64,000 nt of DNA from an uncultured bacterium (GTDB taxonomy: Bacteria; Macinerneyibacteriota; Macinerneyibacteria; Macinerneyibacteriales; CAYRFE01): the NCBI GenBank assembly GCA_964423645.1, contig CAYRFE010000012.1:20085-84084 (forward strand). The letters are read 5' to 3'. Below the pieces are notes generated by a model, which ran no database searches, was not told where the DNA came from, and was given only the letters and a program-made list of their open reading frames with translations. A program made the translations under genes and the position numbers. This document shows positions 9,636-16,899 of this stretch, piece by piece. Each line of letters starts with the position of its first letter. Position 1 is the first letter of the stretch.

Positions 9636-10343
9636 CTACCGTATTTCCCCGTAGCCATCTTCCCACGGCGTTTTATAAAACAACTCTAGTCTCATTACAT
9701 CCCCGTCAAAAAGCGATGCACAATTATGTGCAATCGCATCAGTATAGATTGTCTCCGGAATAGTCACAGTTCTGCACGGAATCGAGAGAATCTCTGCCGC
9801 TCGAAGCGATATTTCCAATCCCTTCAAGATCATTTTTTCATCAGTGAATTGCTTCAAATGTGTATTTGATATAATTGCCGATGGGCGTAAACCGCTCATT
9901 CTTTGAATCATTTCAGCCATTGTAACAATACCGTCTGCAGAATGCGTGAACGGACGATTCGTATTTGCCACCATGAACACTTCATAATCAGCGCTTTTTA
10001 ATAGTTTCAAACGTATGCTTCCCAAGGGAATTGTTCCGACATCATCTCCACCCATATCAAGAATTAATTGTGCATCATGTCTGTCAATATATGCAGCAAT
10101 TTCACCGGTGAGATACGGAAGATCAACACTGTCGATTGATGAGTCCGGGGCAATAAGATGCACCCCGTGGTGATCAAATAAAGGTTTCTGTTGACGGCTT
10201 CGAAAATACGGATTGACGACATCCATGTCAGCGAGAGCAACATGCGGATAGGTATTTCGCATCTGTAACGCAAAATTAGTGGCAACCTCTGTTTTTCCGC
10301 TTCCGTAATAGCCTGAAAAGATAAATATGCGTTTTTCCACCAT
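9636..10343 (-). CDS. P-loop NTPase of unknown function, first gene of the kor operon
   Basis: Walker A FSGYYGSGKTE and Walker B-like LILDMGGDD. 235 aa. Directly upstream of and co-directional with korDABC. Family not identifiable from sequence alone. Confidence 0.6.
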   Translation of the reverse strand: MVEKRIFIFSGYYGSGKTEVATNFALQMRNTYPHVALADMDVVNPYFRSRQQKPLFDHHGVHLIAPDSSIDSVDLPYLTGEIAAYIDRHDAQLILDMGGDDVGTIPLGSIRLKLLKSADYEVFMVANTNRPFTHSADGIVTMAEMIQRMSGLRPSAIISNTHLKQFTDEKMILKGLEISLRAAEILSIPCRTVTIPETIYTDAIAHNCASLFDGDVMRLELFYKTPWEDGYGEIR

Positions 10344-10545
10344 CTTGTCCTTTCAAGTGATACCTTAAAGCAACAAGTCCTTATTGTCAACCGAAAAGCA
10401 CGAAATAATACTCTTCGTTCTCCGAAGATTTATGCGATGAGTGCGATTATTCTTTTCGGCAAAATCAAACTTTTTAAAAACGGTACTCATACAAAATTTC
10501 ACAACACGTGAATGTTTGTACGGAAAACATATGTTTCATAAATAG

Positions 10546-10580
10546 CCTTGACTTGCACTGCATTTCATATATAGTAACAA
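10546..10580 (+). promoter_or_regulatory. Candidate sigma70-type promoter for the patatin-like gene
   Basis: TTGACT followed 16-17 nt later by TATAGT/TATATA, about 45 nt upstream of the RBS/ATG at 10622. By-eye call only. Confidence 0.25.
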
Positions 10581-10621
10581 CGATAATATGTTTGTTAAAT
10601 TCACATTTAAGGAGGTTTTTT

Positions 10622-11563
10622 ATGCCAAAAACAGCACTGGTACTCAGTGGCGGCGGCGCTAAAGGCGCATTTCAATTCGGTGCGCTCAAATATATCGAAG
10701 AGATAGTTAAACCCCAAAGACCTGATTTTGATTACTCAATTATTGCAGGAGTTTCAGTGGGCGCACTCAACGGCGGAATGGTTGCCATGAAAAAATATGA
10801 AGCGATGAAAATATTATGGAATACCATTTCAGATGACAAGGTTTACAGTGGAAATTCAACACTTGCGATCATATGGCGTATACTAACCGGCCACAAATCA
10901 GCACTCAATAATGCACCGCTCACAAAGATACTTGCCGAACATTTTCACCTTGCGGATGTGTGTCCTCAGTATTCCTACAGACTTGGTATTGTATCCCTCC
11001 TCAGTGGGGATTATGTGTCATTAACCCCGTCGCAATTTACTAGTGACAAAGAATTTCAAAAAGCTGTCTTGGCATCAACATCAATCCCGGTCATATGGGA
11101 ACCGGTATCGACATTACGCTTAGCCGACGGACTGGAATACCGAGGTAATGTTGACGGAGGTCTTCGAAATGTAAGCCCGCTCGGCGATGTAATTGATGAA
11201 AATCCGGATCTCATTGTAATTATCAATTGTAGCGCTCCCCAATTGAGTTATGATATGCGCGCAGGTGACTCATTATTAAAAATAGCAAAACGTTCTCTTT
11301 CAGATATTACGATCAATCAAATATTTAATGAAGATGTCGAACAATTCCTAACAGTAAACGATCTCGTATTACAAGCAAAAAAACAAGGAGCAAAGTTAAA
11401 GAAAAAAGACGGTACAAAATACAAGCATTTTCAATCCATCGTCATTCAGCCGAACAAAGATATGGGCGATACGTTGGATTTTTCTCAAAGCACTGTTCAG
11501 ACACGCATTATAGCGGGTTTCAATGCAGCCAAAGATGCATTTGAAAAATTTGGTGCGATATGA
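10622..11563 (+). CDS. Patatin-like phospholipase
   Basis: N-terminal LSGGGAKGAFQFG oxyanion motif and GVSVG (GxSxG) nucleophile motif. ATG at 10622 with AAGGAGG 5 nt upstream. The track start at 10508 is an upstream over-extension. Confidence 0.85.
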   Translation: MPKTALVLSGGGAKGAFQFGALKYIEEIVKPQRPDFDYSIIAGVSVGALNGGMVAMKKYEAMKILWNTISDDKVYSGNSTLAIIWRILTGHKSALNNAPLTKILAEHFHLADVCPQYSYRLGIVSLLSGDYVSLTPSQFTSDKEFQKAVLASTSIPVIWEPVSTLRLADGLEYRGNVDGGLRNVSPLGDVIDENPDLIVIINCSAPQLSYDMRAGDSLLKIAKRSLSDITINQIFNEDVEQFLTVNDLVLQAKKQGAKLKKKDGTKYKHFQSIVIQPNKDMGDTLDFSQSTVQTRIIAGFNAAKDAFEKFGAI

Positions 11564-11765
11564 TACTATAGCGAATACTTGGTAAACTACCATTATTGTT
11601 ACACTCCATAGTATGCAAAAAACGGATTTTGCATCAGTCTTTTCACATAGTGATTATATCGCTGTATTGCGTGATCATTCGAGAGAAATAAATTCTCTTC
11701 TATGAGTTCTTAATATAGGATAAAAATATCATTATAAATTTATTTAAACTTTTCACTACCGATTG

Positions 11766-11800
11766 TAAAAAAAACCTCCCGAAAAATACGGGAGGTTTAA
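11766..11800. terminator. Bidirectional rho-independent terminator between the convergent patatin-like and zraP-like genes
   Basis: AACCTCCCG-aaaaata-CGGGAGGTT, a 9-bp GC-rich stem flanked by A-run upstream and T-rich sequence downstream. U-tracts are therefore available on both strands. Confidence 0.65.
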
Positions 11801-11814
11801 GAAGATATCGAGTA

Positions 11815-12255
11815 TTATTTGTTATCACAGGCTTCAGTTTTACTTTTTTTCTCACAGTCCATTGATTTTTTCCTATCATGGTTACCGGAATCTTGCATGT
11901 TCATATGCTTCAATCTCTGCTCCGGCGTAAGTAATTTCATGATCTCCACCATCTGCGCTTTTTTGTGCTTCCACATCTCATTTTTCACATCATGAATCTT
12001 ATCATAAATTTTCGACACATTATTCCAATCAGGAGATTTTTTCATCAATTCTTCTTTGAGATCAAGCATCAAACGTTCTTTTTTCAATTCAAGTGCGCGC
12101 ATTTCCGTCGCATGTGCGTCGTGAATTTTCATCATTTTTTCATGTTTTTCATTCTTCACGGACTCATTACCTTTTTGCTGATGACCTTCATGCTGTGCAA
12201 ATACTCCTGCAAAAAACATAACTATAACGGCAAACAACACAATACTTTTTCTCAT
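11815..12255 (-). CDS. Periplasmic Spy/CpxP/ZraP-family protein (metal-stress/chaperone-like)
   Basis: Signal peptide. K/E-rich helical protein with LTPEQRLKH (the LTxxQ motif of the CpxP/Spy/ZraP family), His-rich N-terminus (HEGHQQ, HDAHATE) and C-terminal Cys pair. AAGGAGG SD. 16 nt downstream of the csoR-like gene. Confidence 0.6.
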   Translation of the reverse strand: MRKSIVLFAVIVMFFAGVFAQHEGHQQKGNESVKNEKHEKMMKIHDAHATEMRALELKKERLMLDLKEELMKKSPDWNNVSKIYDKIHDVKNEMWKHKKAQMVEIMKLLTPEQRLKHMNMQDSGNHDRKKSMDCEKKSKTEACDNK

Positions 12256-12271
12256 AAATCCTCCTTAGTTA

Positions 12272-12574
12272 TTACGGCATCATTTTCCGTATGGTTTTCA
12301 ACAACTCATCTATAACGGCATCGTTCCCGCTTCGTATCTGCTCGATCACACAACTTTTCATGTGCGCTTCGAGCAGTTTGTTTTTTACTCCGTTCAACGC
12401 TTCATGTACCGACGTCATCTGATTAAGAACCTCATCACAATACACATCATTCGCAATCATTTTTGCAATCCCTCTAACCTGACCTTCAATGCGAGCAAGA
12501 CGCGTCAGCATTTCATTTTTCATCACATCAGTATGGTGGGCACAACGTTCTCCGTGTTCATTTTCACTTACCAT
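12272..12574 (-). CDS. csoR: CsoR/RcnR-family (DUF156) metal-sensing transcriptional repressor; start revised from 12613 to 12574
   Basis: RLARIEGQVRGIAKMI… core. X-Y-Z fingerprint Cys (DVYCDE), His and Cys (HMKSC, H-x3-C) = C-H-C as in Cu(I)-sensing CsoR. Extra His/Cys-rich N-terminus (NEHGERCAHH). The track's ATG at 12611-12613 lies inside the spacer of a strong promoter (see next feature). Confidence 0.8.
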   Translation of the reverse strand: MVSENEHGERCAHHTDVMKNEMLTRLARIEGQVRGIAKMIANDVYCDEVLNQMTSVHEALNGVKNKLLEAHMKSCVIEQIRSGNDAVIDELLKTIRKMMP

Positions 12575-12629
12575 ATACCCATACCCCCTATCTCTAATTT
12601 GAGTATACTGCATCAGTGATTTTTGTCAA
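12575..12629 (-). promoter_or_regulatory. csoR promoter (TTGACA-N16-TATACT) with a G5-tract operator in the 5' leader
   Basis: Minus strand reads TTGACA (12624-12629) -16 nt- TATACT (12602-12607), then AGATAGGGGGTATGGGTAT immediately before ATG 12574. GGGGGTAT(GG) matches what I recall of C/G-tract CsoR-type operators. Confidence 0.6.
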
Positions 12630-12634
12630 GTATC

Positions 12635-12644
12635 GTTACGTAAC
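12635..12644. promoter_or_regulatory. Perfect 10-bp palindrome GTTACGTAAC between the divergent csoR and cys-rich promoters
   Basis: Exact palindrome about 6 bp upstream of the csoR -35 and about 9 bp upstream of the divergent gene's -35. Confidence 0.35.
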
Positions 12645-12652
12645 TTTTTTCT

Positions 12653-12687
12653 TGCTGAGCCACATACATCGCTCTATAGTATGTAGT
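12653..12687 (+). promoter_or_regulatory. Candidate sigma70-type promoter for the cysteine-rich mini-protein gene
   Basis: TTGCTG-N17-TATAGT, followed by a leader of about 20 nt containing AAAGGAGG before ATG 12711. Confidence 0.45.
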
Positions 12688-12710
12688 AAGCAGATACAAA
12701 GGAGGTATGT

Positions 12711-12908
12711 ATGTCCGACTGCCCGAAAACAAACGAAAATCTCGATCACTGCACATGCACGTATGAACCCTGCTCGCGGAAAGGTCACTGCTGTGAGTGC
12801 GTCGCATTTCATCGTAAAAACGGAGAGCTGCCGGGGTGTTTTTTCTCAAAGGCTGCAGAACGCACATACGATCGCTCAATAAAGGCGTTTATACGCGACA
12901 GAACATAA
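12711..12908 (+). CDS. Small cysteine-rich protein (65 aa, 9 Cys + 4 His), putative metal-binding
   Basis: [34 protein letters not shown]… Strong AAAGGAGG SD 5 nt upstream. Divergent from the CsoR-family repressor. No match to a characterised family that I can name with confidence. Confidence 0.6.
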   Translation: MSDCPKTNENLDHCTCTYEPCSRKGHCCECVAFHRKNGELPGCFFSKAAERTYDRSIKAFIRDRT

Positions 12909-12984
12909 ATTAAAAAAAAACCTTTTCAAAACTATCATTTTTTTAACTTTGTGCCCGCCCCATGCTTCGACTTAGCTCAGCACA

Positions 12985-13089
12985 AGCCCCCTCCCGCATC
13001 TCGGAACAATTGCTTCGCAATCACTCGGTGACCGTCGGGAGGGGCTTACATTGCTATATAATGGGGACTCCGTCCCCACACCCCTTTTT
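12985..13089. repeat. Structured repeat element 'Y', copy A (second copy at 61792-61873)
   Basis: About 60 nt are near-identical to 61.8 kb (GGGGCTTAcATTGcTaTAtAATGGGGACTcCGTCCCCACACCCCTTTTTaGAAAATAAAG). Two hairpins. Hairpin 1 shows a compensatory change between copies (CTCCCG/CGGGAG here vs CTTCCG/CGGAAG). Hairpin 2 GGGGAC-TCC-GTCCCC is followed by ACACCCCTTTTT. Lies between convergent genes. Confidence 0.55.
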
Positions 13090-13132
13090 AGAAAATAAAG
13101 TTTCTTTGGAAATTTTGAATTTTGCAAAGGTC

Positions 13133-13984
13133 TTACTTAGTCTCTTTAAAAACAATCCCCGCATACGACACGAACGACTGTGCTCCGCCTCGCGGATACA
13201 TATCATAACTTGTTGTATAGTCAATTACTACCGGTTCTGTGTCATGAAATAGTGCCGTCAACAATGCAATACCTCCGGCACCGCATGCCGAGTCATGTGA
13301 GAGTGCATACTCCAATAATTCTTTCGACTTTTTCTGATAGACAAGTTCCAAAAACGCAGGGTCTTTTTCCTCTTTTACCCACTGCAATGCCTCATCACCG
13401 ACACCGTGTGATAAATTACCGTAGTTGTATCCGTAATGGGTAAGATCGGAAGAAGCAATAAATACACAATCGCCATTTTCACGCATTGCACGAAAAAGAT
13501 CCGCATAGTCGGTAATATTCCATTCATCATTCATGGGCACTGAGACAGGTATGATCCTCAGATCGGGATTGATATGTAACAACATCGGCACTATCACTTC
13601 AAGCGAATGTTCATGGATATGCACTAAGTGATCTGTCGCACAAAGAGACGGTAATCGAAACTTCTTCACATATTCAGTATCAATAAGCACATTACCAAAA
13701 GGCGTTTCCCATTCTCCGTCGGGATACAGCGTCGGTTTTGCAATACCCCGCGTATGCACCGCACCGAATAATACCGCAGTACGTGCTGACGATAAAAGCC
13801 CCAATGATGCGAGTGTTGTATAGGCAGTCGGCCCGGAAAATACCCAGCCGGCATGAGGTACTATCGCTGCCCGAGAATACTCGGGTGTGATCTCCGAAGT
13901 GTGTGAATAATCATCGAGAACAGCACGTGCTTCGTCTGCCGTATTCGGATAAAATTGCCCGCCTACCCGCATCGGTCGAAACAT
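13133..13984 (-). CDS. MEMO1-family protein (AmmeMemoRadiSam system protein B homolog)
   Basis: AIVPHAGWVFSG, HEHSLEVIVPML, SSDLTHYG and ACGAGGI motifs characteristic of MEMO1/AmmeMemoRadiSam-B. No AMMECR1 or radical-SAM activase partner adjacent. Confidence 0.8.
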   Translation of the reverse strand: MFRPMRVGGQFYPNTADEARAVLDDYSHTSEITPEYSRAAIVPHAGWVFSGPTAYTTLASLGLLSSARTAVLFGAVHTRGIAKPTLYPDGEWETPFGNVLIDTEYVKKFRLPSLCATDHLVHIHEHSLEVIVPMLLHINPDLRIIPVSVPMNDEWNITDYADLFRAMRENGDCVFIASSDLTHYGYNYGNLSHGVGDEALQWVKEEKDPAFLELVYQKKSKELLEYALSHDSACGAGGIALLTALFHDTEPVVIDYTTSYDMYPRGGAQSFVSYAGIVFKETK

Positions 13985-13993
13985 AATGCCTCC

Positions 13994-16831
13994 TTAATCA
14001 AAAAGAACTTTCAGATCATCCCAACTCATATTTTGCATAAAGTATGCATCGCTGAAATCCAATGCATCAAATATGTTGCTTTTATCTTCTTGCATTTTTA
14101 AAATTTTCTCTTCTATTGTGCCCTCAGTGATGAATTTATACACATTCACGCTACGAGTTTGTCCCATCCTGTATGCACGATCGGTTGCTTGCCTTTCAAC
14201 CATCGGATTCCACCATGGATCAAAATGTACAACGATATCTGCCCCGGTGATATTCAACCCGGTTCCTCCTGCTTTCAAGCTCACTAAAATAATAGGTACA
14301 TTGGGATTGGCATTAAATCTATCAACTACCTCCAGACGATCGGTAGTTTTTCCATCAAGATACTCAAATTCAATTTCCTCTTTTCGTAAGAAGTCGCGAA
14401 TGATGTGCAACATTTTTACAAACTGACTGAATAACAAAATTCGATGCCCGCCGTCAATCGACTCATACAATATTTCTCGTAACAGATCCATTTTTGCCGA
14501 CGCATCTTCATTCACCGCTAGTTCCGGATAAATCATACCGGGATGATTACAGATTTGACGCAACTTTACCAGCGCACTCAATATATGCATACGGCTTTTG
14601 ACATATCCGTTTTTTTCAACAAGACCGAATATTTCAGTACGAAGTTGTCGCAAAATATTATTATACAACACTGATTGCTCTTCAGAAAGCGGCACGCTGC
14701 TGACCTGTTCTATTTTTGGAGGTAACTCGGTCAAAACCTCGGCCTTTGTTCTACGTAACATAAATGGTTTTATTTTGAGGTTCAATTCTTTAAGAGCTTC
14801 CGACCGACGTTCCCGTTCCATTTCTCTGTCATAAAATTCGATAAAATGCTTTCGAGATCCCAAATATCCCGGCATGATAAAATCGAAAATCGACCACAAT
14901 TCTCGTATAGAATTTTCCATCGGCGTGCCGGTTAACACTAAACGAAATTGTGCATTTAAAGCCTTCACGCTTTTTGCGATCTTCGTTTGGTAATTCTTTA
15001 TATGTTGAGCTTCATCCAAGACAGCATAATAGAACCCAAGTTTCTCATATAGGTCGATATCATTACGCAACAACGAATATGACGTGATGAATAACCTGCA
15101 CTTCCCGTAACGACGAATCAATTCTTCACGTGTGGCACGATTACCTTCAACAACGACGACAGACATGGTTGGAATGAATTTGCGTATTTCCTTATGCCAG
15201 TTGTGCATGAGAGATTTAGGACATACTACAATTGAGGGGGTTTTGACATCAATGCTCTTAAGAAGAGCCAAAGCTTGTACGGTTTTTCCAAGTCCCATAT
15301 CATCAGCCAAAACACCTGACATTTTATAGCGATGTAAAAAATGCAACCAATTAAATCCTTCTTTTTGGTATTCTCTTAAAACGGTTTCTAACTCAGGGGG
15401 CACCGGCATTTTTTTAATACCGCGAATATTAACCATTTCTTCATATAATTCCATAAAAGGCAGATTACCATTTATTTCAACATCTTCAAATTGATGCACA
15501 TAATGAATAAAATGCGGTAAAAAATACATTTTATTCGAATAAACCGAATCTTTTTTAAACTGAACATGAAATACTTGATTGACTTTGTCAAGAATGTCTT
15601 TTATCTCTTTTAAATTTATAATTTTTAAAATTTCAGTCGGACTAATGCGAACATACTCCTCTTCCTTGAGAATGGATTGTTTCAGAAGTTCCGGATCTAT
15701 AGTAAGTTCCTCGTGTGTGTGACAATTGAGCTGCACTTCAAAAGTATCGTTATCAGAAGAAAGCGAGATGCTCAATACGGGCTTCACTTTAATGTTAAAT
15801 ATTCGGATCTTTCTGAAATTAGCAGTCAGTTTTTTACTCCACTCTGACGGAATTTTTTTATAGCCGGTAATTAAAAACTCAATGATATCGTCATTTTTAC
15901 GAAGGACAAAAAATTCACCTTCCCACGTGAAATTGTATTGGAAAAAAAACAAAAAAAGCATTCGTTCTTTCTTGGGGTCTCGTTTAATGTAACAATAATC
16001 GTTATTGATGCGTTTGACAATGTAACGACCTTTTTTTGTAATATCATCATAAGTAAATTCCAAATCTCCATAAAAATATGTCGGCTTTACTTGAACAGTA
16101 CCCTCGTTGTAATCAACAAAAAGTTCGATCGTTAAATTGTTATTCAAAACGCGCATCTTATATGAACGAGATGACCAGTTAAAATCAAGGTAACGATCCC
16201 AATAATTGAAAAAATTATCAATAAAATCATATAATTCATCACCGGTATATTTCTTACCGCGAGATAATAAGTCTGCCCATTGGGGTTGTTGATACACTGT
16301 CATCAGTCGACCAAGTTTATTCCCGTAACGATACCATTTTTCACCGTTGCAGGAAAATAAGCCGGGTCGTTTATTAATCGCGGGAAATACATGTATTGAG
16401 TCTTCGGTAATTGCTATTTCAAACTCCATTTGTTGCATTTTATCAATGACTGAAATAGCTTCTCCTGTGTCAAGATCATTTAAAAGCTCATAATCTATGA
16501 GATGTTCGAGTAACCCGCGCGCATATTCACCATGAAATACAAACGAGGTGTCGTGATATTTGCCAAATTTTAAAATATATTCAACAATCAGTCGATTACG
16601 ATCATCGAGAATCGTACCCAAAAGCTCAACAGTCTCATCTTCAAAAAAATATTCGGCCGGAATACGACCGGAATAGGTTATGAATTCATTAAGATTCTCT
16701 TGCAACGTGCGCCACTGTACATCGTTTTTAATTCGAAGTACAATAAACATCTCTCCATTAGTGTTCTCAACACGCAAATGATAGGTATAACGTTCGTATT
16801 CCATTGTGTACATTCCGTAAAAACGGGTCAT
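13994..16831 (-). CDS. SNF2-family helicase (RapA/HepA-like) with uncharacterised approx. 470-aa N-terminal region
   Basis: Helicase motifs LADDMGLGKTVQ (I), DEAQHIKN (II), LTGTPMEN (III), C-terminal helicase domain (…LLFSQF…, QATDRAYRMGQ). N-terminal half has no recognisable motif and no SWIM Cys/His cluster. 9-nt gap to the MEMO1 gene. Confidence 0.85.
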   Translation of the reverse strand: MTRFYGMYTMEYERYTYHLRVENTNGEMFIVLRIKNDVQWRTLQENLNEFITYSGRIPAEYFFEDETVELLGTILDDRNRLIVEYILKFGKYHDTSFVFHGEYARGLLEHLIDYELLNDLDTGEAISVIDKMQQMEFEIAITEDSIHVFPAINKRPGLFSCNGEKWYRYGNKLGRLMTVYQQPQWADLLSRGKKYTGDELYDFIDNFFNYWDRYLDFNWSSRSYKMRVLNNNLTIELFVDYNEGTVQVKPTYFYGDLEFTYDDITKKGRYIVKRINNDYCYIKRDPKKERMLFLFFFQYNFTWEGEFFVLRKNDDIIEFLITGYKKIPSEWSKKLTANFRKIRIFNIKVKPVLSISLSSDNDTFEVQLNCHTHEELTIDPELLKQSILKEEEYVRISPTEILKIINLKEIKDILDKVNQVFHVQFKKDSVYSNKMYFLPHFIHYVHQFEDVEINGNLPFMELYEEMVNIRGIKKMPVPPELETVLREYQKEGFNWLHFLHRYKMSGVLADDMGLGKTVQALALLKSIDVKTPSIVVCPKSLMHNWHKEIRKFIPTMSVVVVEGNRATREELIRRYGKCRLFITSYSLLRNDIDLYEKLGFYYAVLDEAQHIKNYQTKIAKSVKALNAQFRLVLTGTPMENSIRELWSIFDFIMPGYLGSRKHFIEFYDREMERERRSEALKELNLKIKPFMLRRTKAEVLTELPPKIEQVSSVPLSEEQSVLYNNILRQLRTEIFGLVEKNGYVKSRMHILSALVKLRQICNHPGMIYPELAVNEDASAKMDLLREILYESIDGGHRILLFSQFVKMLHIIRDFLRKEEIEFEYLDGKTTDRLEVVDRFNANPNVPIILVSLKAGGTGLNITGADIVVHFDPWWNPMVERQATDRAYRMGQTRSVNVYKFITEGTIEEKILKMQEDKSNIFDALDFSDAYFMQNMSWDDLKVLFD

Positions 16832-16899
16832 CTCCTTTTTTACAATCGCTTCGAGTATACAATATTAACCGTCGTATGCAAGCGAAAAATAATTCTTTT

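Noticed and set aside
10508-10621. 38-codon N-terminal extension of the patatin-like ORF (MNVCTENICF…)
   Set aside because: No RBS at 10508. A strong AAGGAGG precedes the Met at 10622, and the conserved patatin domain begins immediately after that Met.
12575-12613. 13-codon N-terminal extension of the csoR-like ORF (MQYTQIRDRGYGY)
   Set aside because: The ATG sits between the -35 and -10 of the only credible promoter. The extension is encoded by the promoter/operator sequence itself.
13994-16831. SNF2 helicase as part of a known anti-phage system (DISARM/Zorya-like)
   Set aside because: No accompanying methyltransferase, PLD, DUF1998 or MotAB-like genes. Neighbours are TPR and MEMO1 genes, so there is no basis for a defense-island call.
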